DNA of 64,000 bases from Albugo candida (taxonomy: Eukaryota), in NCBI GenBank assembly GCA_040437565.1, contig JBDOQK010000006.1, positions 62,001-126,000 of the forward strand, in the 5' to 3' direction. The notes below the pieces were generated by a model that was not told where the DNA came from, did no database searches, and saw nothing but the letters and a program-made list of their open reading frames with translations. Made by a program: the position numbers and the translations under genes. Shown one piece after another: positions 25,929 through 39,200 of this stretch. The first letter of the stretch is position 1. Each line of letters opens with the position of its first letter.

Positions 25929-26837
25929 TTAGAATTTGTATACATTTTTCGATGAGTATTCGAGCTCCTTAAGTAATCCCTCGAGATCGCCTTGACTCAT
26001 GTCTTTTGATCGCTCACCGCATATCAAATGCATCATTCCGGGCGGTCCACAGACACACACAAGTATCTCATTGCTGGGTGACGGCATTACTTCTTGAATC
26101 ATCTCTTTTGTAATTGTCCCTGAAAGACCCTCCCATTCTTTTGAGGGACGAGATATCACATGATGTACCTCAAATTGAGGATACAAAAACTGCATAGCAT
26201 CCAATTCATCTTGCAGGTACATGTCCTGTTCCGTCGAATTGGCAAACAGTAACACCACTTGCGTTTGATCGTTTGGATTCCGGCAAATCTCTTTGGCAAT
26301 TTGTAGCATCGGTGTGAGTCCCGAGCCTCCCGCAATCAAACCGATTTTTTTATAAGTGTTTGGCTCATACGGTAACTTCATTTTGGGTCCTTTGATTTCC
26401 ACAGTGTCGCCAGGTTTGAGGTCGCACAGATGTTTACTCATAATGCCTTTTGGGTACTCCTTCACCACCAACTCAATGTATCCCCGCTCGCTGTTGAGGT
26501 TGACGGGAGTATACGGTCGTATAGTTTGTTTATTATTGATTTTTGCGCGGGTGAGGAGACAACTCGCAACGGGTAAACCCATTTCGTGTCCCTCAGAGGG
26601 GAGATCCAGGATAATTCGCTTTACGTTATGATTCAAGCGCTCAATGCTGCGTACAGGGAAGGAGCGGAATTCATTAGGATCAAGTGCGGTCGTTTTATCC
26701 GATTTCTCATTTTCACAGTCCGCGACGGTATGATGGAAGGCGCAAAGCGAGTAGAGACTCAGTGAGGATAAACCTGAAGTATATGAGAGTTTTTTTAAAT
26801 TGAGTGTCGAGCGGTAAAACTGACTGGCGAATCTCAT
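25929..26837 (-). CDS. NADH-cytochrome b5 reductase (MCR1-like, probable mitochondrial presequence)
   Basis: RPYTP FAD motif, G-x-MS, IAGGSGLTPMLQ, CGPPGMM, terminal F. Confidence 0.95.
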   Translation of the reverse strand: MRFASQFYRSTLNLKKLSYTSGLSSLSLYSLCAFHHTVADCENEKSDKTTALDPNEFRSFPVRSIERLNHNVKRIILDLPSEGHEMGLPVASCLLTRAKINNKQTIRPYTPVNLNSERGYIELVVKEYPKGIMSKHLCDLKPGDTVEIKGPKMKLPYEPNTYKKIGLIAGGSGLTPMLQIAKEICRNPNDQTQVVLLFANSTEQDMYLQDELDAMQFLYPQFEVHHVISRPSKEWEGLSGTITKEMIQEVMPSPSNEILVCVCGPPGMMHLICGERSKDMSQGDLEGLLKELEYSSKNVYKF

Positions 26838-26918
26838 TGAGGCGTCTCGATTGCGATTTTCCCCTCAAAAGGTGGGTGCGTAAATACCTGTCAGAATTTA
26901 TTATACGAACAAGGAGTG

Positions 26919-27249
26919 ATGGACGCACACGCAGCAAGAAGAAGAATGCTCGTATTATGGACGGCGATGGAGCGCGCATCTGTGGGTATTGTGACTAAAG
27001 ATCGGTATGAAAATGAGGTGGAAGTAGGACTACGATGATGAGAGTGTGTACAGGACAGTTGTGACAGCGAAAGCAGTGGTTCCGAATAGATATCAAACGC
27101 TTTTCGCGGTGGAAAAATTGGAGACACCGCTTGGGGTGTATCCTGAAGCGTTATTGCGGGAAAAGGATATATCTCAAATGTATTTGGAGCTGACAAACGA
27201 GCAAATAGGCATGTTGCGTGAGGATATAAATCGAGAGGAGACAATTTGA
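26919..27249 (+). CDS. GEMIN7: Gemin7-like SMN-complex subunit (intron 27005-27053)
   Basis: Spliced protein MDAHAARRRMLVLWTAM...FAVEKLETPLGVYPEALLREKDI resembles the recalled Gemin7 signature F.V..LQTP.GV..EALLR..DI. Confidence 0.65.
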
Positions 27250-27559
27250 TTTGATTTTATAGTGAGTGGGAGGATGAGGCTACCTCAGAGAAATCAATGA
27301 GGTGGAGGAACGATTAAACAAACTTTTGGATAGTGAAAATGCAGTTTATTACTTATCCCATCGTATTGCTGCGACTTGGCTTGGTTCCTTCCCAGTTGAC
27401 ATAAAATCAAATACATCGCTCATTTTTCATTCGATATAATTAGTATTGTGTCCACAGACTACACGTCCGGAAATGAACTATCAGGGACATCCCATTGCAT
27501 CCAATACATCGACAATCCATTCAATGTTTTCAACGGGAAAAATACTTTGAAGTTGCGAC

Positions 27560-28115
27560 TCATCGATCACAAACAAACATGTAATTCATAATTGCTAACG
27601 TGAATACTCCGAGAAAACAAATGACTACTCACTTCCTCTCTATATACACTCATCACACTTTTTACTCCACACTCAAATCGTCGCCCTTCCCTCATGCAGC
27701 CACAATTACCTGTTTCACATTTTATAAATCATTATCCCGTACGTATTAATACACCCCCAATTCCAATCCATTCACGCAACTTTCATCAATGCGACACTCC
27801 ACGCAACAGCAACATCACATCGATCCTGCGGAAAGGTACATTTCCATTCGTATCATTCTCTCCACGACACCACATTACATCCCTCTTTTCTTACTCATAG
27901 CGATACTCTCAACGAAAGCGTAATGTTCCCATCGTAAGAGAAAACCTCTTTCTATTTCATAAAATAAAACAAAACAAATGATAAAAAGTGACAGGATTCT
28001 CGATAGCGATGACGAGATCTTTTACGAAGCGCTACATGGCGAATATGACGTCTCCTTCATCCCCGAGCGCGTCGATCTCCACGGATACAAACCCTCCACG
28101 TACACAGTTGACATT
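27560..28115 (-). CDS. Possible small multi-exon membrane protein
   Basis: Coding-like segments (RILSLFIICFVLFYEIERGFLLRWEH; Cys-containing pieces) bounded by plausible GT-AG sites; the model could not be resolved. Confidence 0.25.
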
Positions 28116-28198
28116 TCTGCTTGAAATACGCACTCTAAACGCTTCTTTGTAGCAATTCCCAACCAAATAACGAGAATCGACAACCGTCTCCACGCGAA

Positions 28199-29022
28199 AT
28201 GACTCCATCGATCTGCCGCTTTTACGTCCTCGGAAAGTGTCGATATGAGAGTCTCTGCACATATTCTCACAATATTGAGATCCGCGACACCCAACGACCC
28301 ACAGAACCCTCCGAAATGGTCGATGCTGCACGCTTTGTCGATTGTCCATTTTTCTTACGCGGCAATTGCAAATTCGGCGACTTTTGTCGTTTGCGTCACG
28401 CTGTTCCTCGTCCATTGGCGCATCGGTGTTGCACGCCCGTGTTCTCAAAACGCATTACAACGTATCCCAATACTCCACTCTCTGCGTATACGTGCGGTAT
28501 CTGTTTGGATGACATTGTCGATAGCGGGAAACGCTTTGGACTTTTGAGTATGTTTCCACATGCATTTCCATACAAATTTCAAGTGTTTTTGTAGCGGGAT
28601 GCGATCATTGCTTCTGTACGGAATGTCTTTGCGAATGGCGTCGATCCAAAGATTTGGACGTGGAAGTGACTCGAACATGCCCGGAATGTCGTCAGCCAAG
28701 TTTCTTCATCGTTCCATCGATCACATTCTGCAAGGGAATCGAGAAAGAGCATGCAATCCGAGCGTACAAGCATCATCTCGGGAAGCGGAAATGCAAGTAT
28801 TTTGATGGAATGTTTGGATCGTGTCCGTTTGGTCAGCATTGCTTCTATGCGCACTTGGATGAGGATGGACGTGATGTCAAGACGTTGGATTATCGTAAAC
28901 GAGCATTGAGTCATCTTCACACGCGTCTTTGGAGCAGTTATTCACAGCTTTTGTCGTTTCTTCAGAGCTTTGGTTGGGTCGAAAATGATACATTCGAATT
29001 GGAAGATTTCGATGGAGAATGA
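28199..29022 (+). CDS. MKRN: Makorin-type CCCH/RING E3 ubiquitin ligase (intron 28548-28594)
   Basis: Two CCCH fingers; RING CGIC...RFGLL-TGCDHCFCTECL.EWR...CPECR; C-terminal CKYF...CPFGQHCFYAH. Confidence 0.9.
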
Positions 29023-29050
29023 GCGATTGTAATGTGAAAATGCGATGCTG

Positions 29051-32000
29051 TTAGTTGTGTTGTATGCAATTGATTGCAATTGTAATGCACGACACACATA
29101 AAACCATTGTGTTGAGACGCTGATGACATATTTCCTCTTCTTTCGCGCCACATAACACACAACTGCCCAATGATTTCTCAAATGGAAAACACATTTTTAT
29201 GAATTGTGTCCAAAGTGTTGCGTCATATTTTTTGATTTCAGCGCGAGAACAGTTGTATTTCGCTTGAATTTGATCGAATTTCATTTGAATGCTTTCGATG
29301 GATTCGGTATCGCCTTCGATTCGCTTTGTCGGCGTCACTGTCACCTCAACGCTTTCAGCTGTCTGCGACTTCTCATCCGATTCTCTCATCGTTTCGCTCT
29401 CCTTCTCATCCGATTCTTCGACTGCTTCACGCCCATTCTCCGACTTTCGAGTCGTTTCGTTGCTTTCAGTAAAAGCGTCCAATGCCGAAAGCGTCGGCTT
29501 CCTCGGGTCAATGTCAATCCCTAATTTGTGCGTGTGAGATCTCTCTGTTGCCATTCGCATTGAAAGCAATGGAGAAACTTTGTGCCACGTCAAATTGGAG
29601 AGATTCCCTTTGACACATAAGCGAACGAGTGATTGGATGCCACCAATGGATTTCGGTATGTGCGTAAGGAGATTTCCGCGAACATCCAAACACTTTAAAT
29701 TATGAAATTTCGTCCATGTGACATTGGAAATGTTCCACAAATTGTTATATGAGAAATCTGCTGTTTGTAGAGACGACAATTGACTCAAACTCGGTGGTAG
29801 CGCCAAAAGCGAATTGTTTGCGATATTGAGAGTCACAAGTCGATGCAAAAGTGAGATTTCTGACGGAAGTTCCACCAGAAAATTGTTTGAGAGTTGGAGT
29901 TCTTGCAAGTTGGCAAATGCAAAGAGAATTGTCGAGCGTGAAAGTGATGCAATTCCATCGATCGGTGAGACGTGCTTTTCGTCTGAATGTTTTGCGTCGA
30001 GTCCCGCGAGAGCAAAAGTGTCGACACAGACGCCTGCTTGTTGGATGCTCGTTACCAACGCCTTTGATCGATTGGAATCCTTCTTTCCCAGCATCATTTC
30101 AAGGCGGAAGACTAGTTCCCATAAGGCTTTACTATTTGTATGTCGATGTAAAACGTGTTGGAGTGCATTCCAATGCCATTCAGTGAGCGGAAGCTGTTGC
30201 TCCAATACGCTAATGAGAAACACTTTGATCACAGAACGACGAATTGACATGTTGGACGCATCGAAAAGAGACGTCGATACGATCAAACTCTTGTAACTCG
30301 CTGCAAAAGTCTGTTTCCAATCCCATTCGTTCTTCGCCAAATGAGCCATTCGGATACAAAATGCTGGTAAATGACCCAAAGGAGACGCGTATCGCGACAT
30401 GAAAGCCATGCGTTTACTCTGTGGAACGAGAGATAAAGTCATATCAAAGACTTTCCATAGCGAAATGAAAGTGCTCGGGACACGAAAAGTAAGTGCTTCC
30501 ACGACAATTGACTCGATTTTCGGCATTGTGTCTGCGTTCCAATTCTCCGAACTGATTCGCCGTGTGAGAATTTCCGATGTATTGACAGCTTCCGTGGAAA
30601 TGATATGCTGAAGGAATCGTTGCAGATCGCAGAGTACAGTGTCATTGGGAGCTTTGACGTCACTTGTTCGGACACTCAGATACTGGAGCCATATTCTCTC
30701 TTGTTGGGAGATCGATAGACGCGTAAATTGATCCGATTCGAGGAGTACGTTGAAGAGATCGCTTGCATCTACAAGAGAAGAGAAGCGTCGGAGCAGCAAA
30801 CACGCCGACAACGGGATGTATATATCGATTCCGAGTGAGCTTTCTGTATCGTAAAGCTTCTGCATCCACGCATTTGTGATATCGTGAAGGATCTGCTTGA
30901 TTTGATCGTTCTCAATCGTCGATGAGGTTTGGAAATTGTATCCAACAGCGACCGCAAACTTCTCCAAACACCTTTGTATCGAGCAATTTGACTGTAATGA
31001 GAATGGCTCATGCGAGTTCTCTTTAGATCCGATTGCGTTTGCTGTCGATAACAAATAGTAATAGAGATGCTGAATGAAATTTGCAGTGTCTTCGGAAGTC
31101 GTTTCGAGTGCTTTGGCGTTCAAATCGGTTCGATTTTCGATCGATAAATGAGTTTGTATCTCTTTGAGGATCCAACAGGCTCGCGGTGCATTACGCAAAG
31201 AAGCGTCATACTCACTACCGCGAGCGTCGATGCGATTTGCGTTGGCTTCAAAAAGCAATCGACAGGTCCACATGATGTTCCCATACGCAATGACGGACGC
31301 TTTCTCACAATTCTGAGCGTCTGCTTTCTCCAGCAGAGTACATCCACGTACAAATGCGCGCTCCATACGTTCTCTCACAGTCGGATCAATCAATTGGTGT
31401 CGCCAAAAAAGCTCGCGAGTGAATAAAAATTGCTCTATGACAAAGCCAAGTTGTTCGATATCCGCTACATGACAGCTTTGTACGTTTCGGAGTGTCAGAG
31501 ACGGAAGCTCATCGGTCAATAAGACGTGAATGTAAATGAGTGAGATGTAAAAGCGTTCGCGATGATGCAGAGCTTTGGATGCAGCAGGAAGCCACGATAA
31601 GATATCATTGTCGGATGTTTGAGTGTCTTCTTGTAGACAATTGAGAATCGAAAGCGCTGATTTTGATCTTCCCGAAGCGCAATATTGCGAGCAGAATTGT
31701 AAGATAATGTTTGTGATTGCAGCTGATCGCTCTGAATGATCGATAGAGTCATTGTTTCCATTCTCTTGACGCGATAAGAGGAAATGGAGGACGCGTGGGA
31801 ACAACGCCTCTGCGATTTGAATGGAACGAATCGGACTGATGGAAAGATAAAATAGCCACAAATGATAGGAAGACGGAAGGAATTGAAGAGCTTGTTCGGT
31901 CATTTCCAATAACTGATCGTCGTTTTCTTCAAGTTTTGCCGTATGACGAAAGAGATTGAGATACAGCAACCAAAGTGACTCGGAGAACGCTTTGCCATCA

Positions 32001-34197
32001 ACTTCCAATGCTTTTGACAATCGATTTAATGCAAATTCTTGACCACAAAGCGTTTCTGCATCGTTGAGACGGTTGCAACACAGTCGATGTAAAGCGATCA
32101 TTTGCATCGTTACAGTCTTTCCAGCATGCAAACACGCGCCATGTAACGTCAATGGAGAGTTGGATTCCGGCCATTCAATTGCTTGTAAAGCGTATAGAAT
32201 CCAAGCGTCTGCATCCTGTGGATCTTCCGAGACACGATGTTCCAATTGCGATAGTGTGATCATATGATTGTCGTTGGCCACAAAGTATCGAGAAGTGCTT
32301 TGTGAATTGCATACTTGTTCATTTGTGTCGTGTTTTGTTTCTAGAGCCAAATACTCTTCATTCCCAGCGGATTGCGTGTGTTCCGTCGGATCTTCCCGCT
32401 TTTCCACCGCTCTAACGCCTTCGTTTCTCATTGTTACAGCCTATTAAGCACATACCGTAATGAGAAATAGCAATTGAAAGAGAGGATTTCGTAAACCTGT
32501 GGAGCCAAAAGAACAAACTTTTCGGAGATACTTTCACGCAATTGGAAGAATGAGTCGAGTTCCATCATTGCCACTGGTGAGAGAAAGGAAAAGCTATCGG
32601 ATCCGTTTTGTGACTTGCTCTCTGACACATTTGAATCGCTGGCTGCTGAACGCTCGATATCTCCCTGGTGCTGGAATTCACAGTTTGTATCATTACAGAC
32701 TCCATTCAGCTCATAAAAACATAAAATTCTGTGCAGAAAGAATGTGAATGTGACGTTCTCCCATAGAAAAGACACAACTTCGTACTTCATTGGATCGATT
32801 CGCTCAGATCGCGGCTTTTTTGAATGCAATTGTAAAAGGACCGAATCTCTTTCTGGATCGAATGGCCGTTTGTATGTCTTGTAGTAATTCTCGATACATC
32901 TTAGCGACACTTGTTCGTTTCTGCAAGTAGCGGCATTCTCGTTGACAGTTGTTTTCGGGATTTGAGACGTTTGAGAATGGAGAGGAACGGATCGTTCAAG
33001 AGCCCAGGCGAATTCTAAAGGAGTTGCGTCCTCATGACAATCCATCCTGTCGCTGCCGAATTGCAAGTACGCTCTGAATAAACGCGTTTTTAGGTTTTCG
33101 TCGACGGATTCGGAACTCTTGAGAAAAATCATAAATCGCCAGCATCGACGCATTTGTATGATCTCTTCCGTTCTTTGATGCTGATCAAATGTGCCTTTTG
33201 TTGTGTGCTTTTTAATCCGTTGGAAGGCGCAAGCAATCTGATCGAGTTCTTCTTTACCGCTTTCGATGACATCTTGAAGATCTATTGGAGCGAGATATCA
33301 GTGTCAGTTTTGGCGTCTTCTGATCCCCACGCACCCAATTGAACTGTATCATCGCATGTCCTCTGTTGTGAGTGTCCGTGTTCTGCTACAATTCCCGCAT
33401 CCTCTCGGCCTTCAATCACCTGCAATCGCCTAAGACTCTGTTTTGCCGTTTTTTTCTCTTCCTGTGCGATCTGAATGTTTCCTTGAGGGCATTGATTCGC
33501 ACAAAACTCTAAAGCATTTGCCAATTGCTGCCATGTGAGTTTCTATAGGCGAATGGATCATTTTTCCACTATCCGAATACGAGCAAATAGAAGCGACTTT
33601 CTCACATTCCCAGTGAGCAGCAGGCTTCGAGTTGCTATACGATGTAATAGCGGAAACAGCAGAGTCGATTGTTGAGTGTCATCGCTCCAATTTATTAATT
33701 GTCCTTGCTTTACTTTGAGAATTGATATTTGTTAAATATCAAAAGGNNNNNNNNNNNNNNNNNNNNNNNNNNNNNNNNNNNNNNNNNNNNNNNNNNNNNN
33801 NNNNNNNNNNNNNNNNNNNNNNNNNNNNNNNNNNNNNNNNNNNNNNCATGAACGAATTAAATTGTGTCACATTTTTATTGTGCTGATCGATTTTGCGCTT
33901 TTTGGATCGATTTTCTGGGGATGTTTGTGGGTTGGTAGGATGAGAAATGGGTGTGTCGCTAATGTTAGGGCATACGTTTCCTTCTGGTCGCTCTGAGGTA
34001 CCATTTTCGTGAGAAATAACGTCATTGTGAATACCATTTCGCATGTTTGAGCATTTGAGTTGTGTGTGTCTCTCCTTTAGAGCTTTCTCACGCAATAAGA
34101 GACGTTTCCTTACGATTTCCAATTCATTTTTTTCGCTTTGAAGCTGTTGCAAACGCTCTTCCAGTTGCCTTTTGGAAAGATTTGCGTGCAGTATCAT
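29051..34197 (-). CDS. ZFC3H1/Red1-like protein: coiled coil, zf-C3H1, HAT-like repeats, plus C-terminal LRRs and CxxC pair
   Basis: IDPMK|ILCFYELNGVCNDTNCEFQH finger; HAT-like DAWILYA, SLWLLYL, HLWLFYL; LRRs LQELQLSNNFLVELP, LNIANNSL, LDVRGNLL; CVLC...CVSC. Multi-exon and spans gap 33747-33846; exon linkage is inferred. Confidence 0.7.
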
Positions 34198-34336
34198 AAT
34201 CGCAAAAGCAATGTCAACGTGTCGTTCTTAACATGTTATTGCAGTTAAAGATAGCTAATGGGTCTAAAGGATATGTTAAATGCTATTTATATGGCGCGAT
34301 GTTTGGGATCAGTTTGCTGCTTCTTTGAGATAAATA

Positions 34337-35140
34337 ATGAAATCGGTGCAAGTCATTACGGATGGAAATCGTCGGCAAGGTGATATGAATGATAACGAGC
34401 AGAAGCAGTGTGTACACGGTGCAGTAAAAATGCTATTATGTTGTGATTAAAGCTTACAGGTATTATTCAAGATGTTGTGAATTGGTTTATGAGGAATGCA
34501 CAATTGAATGCCGAGGGCGAATGTAAAGATGGTAAGGATACAGTCATAAAGAATGGTAATCTCTCTCATCGTTTCTCATCCCTTCAGATCTGAAAGCGCT
34601 CGAAGAACAGTTGGAAATACAACTTCCTGCGGTACATCAATGTTTCATGATCATGTCGTATCTGATTACTGAACTGATTGAATAAAATGATAGGGGTTAT
34701 TAGCTTTATTGGAAGCCCAAAGCGGTGGCATATGGTTTGAGGAATCAAAGGTAAACCTCTCGTCATTGTGTACTATATAAATTTTCACCCCAAGTTCGTA
34801 GCTGTTATCAGCAAAGGTAAAAACAAAGCATATCGTATCAACTCGTACTTAAACGGACATATAGGGCATCTCTGATACAACTTCAACTGCAACCTCTCAC
34901 AGCGATTGGAAAGCAGCATACATTCCTTTTGCTTCTGATTCGGATGGATCTTTGCTGATTATCGACACGTCGGAAGGCAACGCTGTCTATTTTTTTCACG
35001 AGGACGGGAAGGGCAAGAAAGTGTCTGTATCATTCTCCCAATTCCTGGAAGACTTTCGCAATCAATTACTATCGAATCGATTCAGCTTTGTTCAAGATGT
35101 CGGACTTGTGGAACGCTCGTGTTCTCTCAAGAAAAAATAA
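34337..35140 (+). CDS. SMI1/KNR4 (SUKH) domain protein, multi-exon
   Basis: Exon segments LKALEEQLEIQLP, IPFASDSDGSLLIID and SFSQFLE match SUKH signature motifs. Confidence 0.6.
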
Positions 35141-35249
35141 TATCTAAGCAATTAAGTATGGAGCATTAAGGCACACTTTGTTTTTTCCCTAAAAACATTA
35201 CGCTATTTGTGTAAAATCTTATCACTTGAGATTTTGTTCAGAATGTATG

Positions 35250-36032
35250 TCATACAGTAATCTTTGCCTCAATACGCTCCAAACACTTTCGACGGAACTT
35301 TTGGAAGGGCCAACACGCCATACAATTCTCAAATTCCGCAGCATCAATGTCATCGGAAGCCAGATTAGTGGTAGTACCGTGATTCCCGGCCGTGTGTTCA
35401 GCAGTGATTGCAAGTGCCTCATACCATTCGAAGAAGTGGTCGTTGCTATTAAACAGAAAAAACTCGAAAATTCGACCGGCAGGATCGAAGACGAACAAAC
35501 CTCCTATTGTGGTTGCTTCCACACGCGCTACTTTCAATTCAAGTAATGGCTCAACTCCACAAATTGGCTGTTCGACGATTGTTAAAAGACGATTATTCAA
35601 AGTGGCAAAGACTTTCACCCATGATTCTGATTTTAAAAGATCTCGTTTCCAGAACACCCAAGTCTCTAGAAATGGTCCTTCTCCAGTATCCTCTGATGAA
35701 GTCGGAGAAGTAACGAATTTTCGAGTATTCTCTGTCTCTTGAGCTGCATGATGGGCGCTTTCTCTCGATCCAGAGCTTATTTGCGCGGTCGTTGCAACGG
35801 ATGTTCGGCTATTGGCAAAATTTGGCGGTTTGCTATGGAGAAGTGTGTTCGTAACAGCTGATATTCGTGAGCGTGTCTGCCAAAATCGATCTTCTGTGTT
35901 CTCACACTGCATCTCCACAAAAAGTGTCTTCTTTTGTTTCTTCTTTTGCACGTTCGAAGAGCCAATCAGAAAAAAATTCAAACCTTTTAAATCTAATGAA
36001 TTGGAGTGACTTGAAGTTGCAAATGAACCCAT
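35250..36032 (-). CDS. PH-like domain protein (start uncertain)
   Basis: LETWVFWKR...WVKVFATLNNRLLTI...FEFFLF...FFEWYEAL resembles PH-domain strands and the C-terminal Trp helix. Confidence 0.55.
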   Translation of the reverse strand: MGSFATSSHSNSLDLKGLNFFLIGSSNVQKKKQKKTLFVEMQCENTEDRFWQTRSRISAVTNTLLHSKPPNFANSRTSVATTAQISSGSRESAHHAAQETENTRKFVTSPTSSEDTGEGPFLETWVFWKRDLLKSESWVKVFATLNNRLLTIVEQPICGVEPLLELKVARVEATTIGGLFVFDPAGRIFEFFLFNSNDHFFEWYEALAITAEHTAGNHGTTTNLASDDIDAAEFENCMACWPFQKFRRKCLERIEAKITV

Positions 36033-36237
36033 TTCGCTTGAAGAAACACTTGGTAGCTAATACCCCTTACAACTCGATTTCGAACTAGTCAGTATCGATG
36101 CAGTACAATGACAGTTGCCTTCCACTTTTAATTCTTTAACTAAAGACAATAAATTTCACTCCTATTCAACATTCAAGGTATTGCACGTTCTAGCACGTTC
36201 TATAATGACATGACAGTACAGGCACTTCCATAAGCTT

Positions 36238-39200
36238 CTAACTAACATTTCCCACACCACCAAGTTGATCCGGACATCGATACTCTTCAGGCAACAAAGA
36301 TCGCTGTAATTTATTAAAAGCAAATTGTCGTTTACCGGTATTTTTGAGCGCATTTTCGATCCGAACGCCATGACTTCGCATCACCGAAACAGTCGCAGGG
36401 ATACGATGTTCCGGTAAATCGTGATGTCGATGCAGAATACGCACTTGTTCTAACGTCACTGACATTGCTGTACGATCTTTTGCACTTTTACACACAGTCA
36501 CACGCCCTCCTCCAAGTTCGCGACATAAATCAGACGATTTTTGTAATATTTCGGGTCGTTTCGTCTTGACCAAACTCTGAGCAGCATCCAGTACATACGC
36601 TTCCAATGCGTGGAATTCCTGTGCGACTTGATCTTTTGTCAATTGTAGCGATAATTTAGATCCATTGCGATTCAATCGAGCGAATGAGTGCGTCGAATCC
36701 GATAACGCGACAGCCAAGCGACAGTATCGCTCACAATACGCGCGCAATGGCTTCAGATTATTCATATTGATCATATCTTGAAGCTCTGTTTTGGCTCGTT
36801 CCGTGTTATTCGCAATCGTTTGCATCTCATTGATTCCTTGTGTGAATAGAAGCGGAATCACTGAAATTTCTCCACCATTCGCTAGTCGTTCCGGTAATTC
36901 AACCAATCCTGTCACGACTTGCACGGTCACGACATATTTCATTGGATATTTTGCATCAGAAGACGGCTGTGAAGACACTTGAACTTTAACAATTCCCGCG
37001 TCTTCGTTCGGATCTTTGACACGTCTCGACACGCGAAAGGAAAACCGACCTGTTGGGCGATCGCGAACATCTTGGATCACAAACGATACACACGACAAAT
37101 TCGCGATGGCACCGGCCATATCTTCAATCATTCCAATCTCTTTTCCATGCGTTGAAAGTAGTGACTCTACTTGAAAGAGAAATCCCAATTTGGAAAGCAT
37201 ACGAAGCACATGAACACCTGCATCGGCGTCAAAACTCTGTATTGCAACTTCCACTTTCCGCACAAAACTCGCAGTCAATGCAGCCAATGCCTGCGCAAAG
37301 CAACAGTCCATACGAAGCTGTAAGTCCCACTGAAGGTCGTCATATTGCTGTAACTCTTCTGGCCATTTCGCTCGATCTAATTCCGAATGCGCCATTTTCT
37401 CTTGCATCTTTAAAAGTCGAGCTTGAAAAGACATAATTCCGCCCTTATTGAATTTGTAGCAATGTGCTGCAAACGCACCGACGGTCGTGAAATCGTACAC
37501 AGTGATATCTTTCGACGACCGTCGTTTTTCCTCATTCAAAAACGCACTTGTTGGACCAATGAGTAAATCTTGTATATGTAAATTGATTGGAACAAATCGT
37601 AAAGCTTCATTTTTCTTCTCCACACTCGCTTTAAAGTATTGTTTGTGTTTATCACGACCAACCAGTAGTTGTACATTCTTTCGGAGTGTTGAAACGTATT
37701 CTTTCCTTTTTTTCACACGATTTTCAAGCCATTCTTTAGACAATGCGGTATCGCCTTCATCCTGTATTTGACCAATCAGCGTCCCATAAAACCCTCGAGC
37801 TTGCTTGTCTTTTTTCTGATTCAAAAAGGATCTCAATTCTTCTCGAGCCTTTTCGGCTTGTTCCTGGCGCTGAACTGCGAGAATCTCCAGCAGCTGACGT
37901 GGAATACAATTGGCATACGTGCTTTCTTGCAGATCTTCGACCACAAGTCCACCAATACCGTCGTCTGAGTCGTATTGAAAGAACCGAATCAGATTTCCAA
38001 TTGATTTGTGCGCGAGCATATCGTCTTTTACGTGCACATCACCGGGCATCATCACTGTCTGAACACTCAATTCGGCATTTCGTTTATCGCCTTCCAGAAT
38101 AGCGTTCATTTCTTGGAGAAGCTTATTGTCTTTGCCCATTACATTCGATAAATTTTCATCGTGAGGATACACGTGAAGCGGTTGACTGCTGGCGGCTGCG
38201 TCCAAGACTGCTTGTGACGATGTGACAAATTCCAATACGGGCTGAAACAATGTCATTTCGTACGAAACAGCGTCTTTTGTATCCATTGAATTCACATCTG
38301 ATTCCAAATAATCAGCTGAAAGACTGGAAGTCTCGAGTCTTTTCTTCCGACTTTGAATGGTGCTCGCATGAACCATGAAATGGAGTAACGTATTGGATGC
38401 TGGACCGACCACAGGAACTTCGAGAACAGCCACAAATGGAAACACTGCATGTTGTTGTGTTTGTGCACTCACACGTTCAGTGCTTCCCACGCAAATCCAA
38501 GGCACATTCTGCTCAATAGTTTGAAGTGATATTGAAGCCGGTAAAGGACGTCGCGATGTGAAGAAATCCAATGATACAAAACACGTGCGATCGAATTCTG
38601 CGGGTAATTTAACTCGAACAATAAGACGGAGTTTGGTGCTGGGATCATCGCTTCCTAAAATCGATTCGGAGATACTTAATCGATTGGATTGAAGTTTGGC
38701 GTAATGATGCGTGTTTGGCGATGCGACTGACGAGCGTGGGGTGAGATTGAATACGTCGGCTTTGACAGATATACGTGCGACCGAATTACGAGTCTCATTA
38801 TGTATTGCTTCAGTTTGTGGATTCCATTGTAAGAAAAGCAATAGTAAAGGTGGTAATCCTTGTGGTAGCCAGCTGATGAATATGTACCACACTACATCCG
38901 ATAATTCGCTATGTTCGCCTTGAAACGAGACGTATTGAGCGATGTAAATGACTTGTGCGGATATGTATAGTACACATGTGGTTGCGATGATACTGTAGAA
39001 GATAGCCAATGACTTTCGGATTTGCGACTCGGAGGGATCCTCATTTAGCATTAAATGACGACCACGACTCATAACCATACATCCTAGAATCATGAGTAAG
39101 ACAGTGTACACAATAAAACCAGCGCCGAGTAAAAGATAGAAAAACTGCATTTGGCACTGGATGACACTTTGTCGAACGGTTTTACCACCGGCAGCCAATG

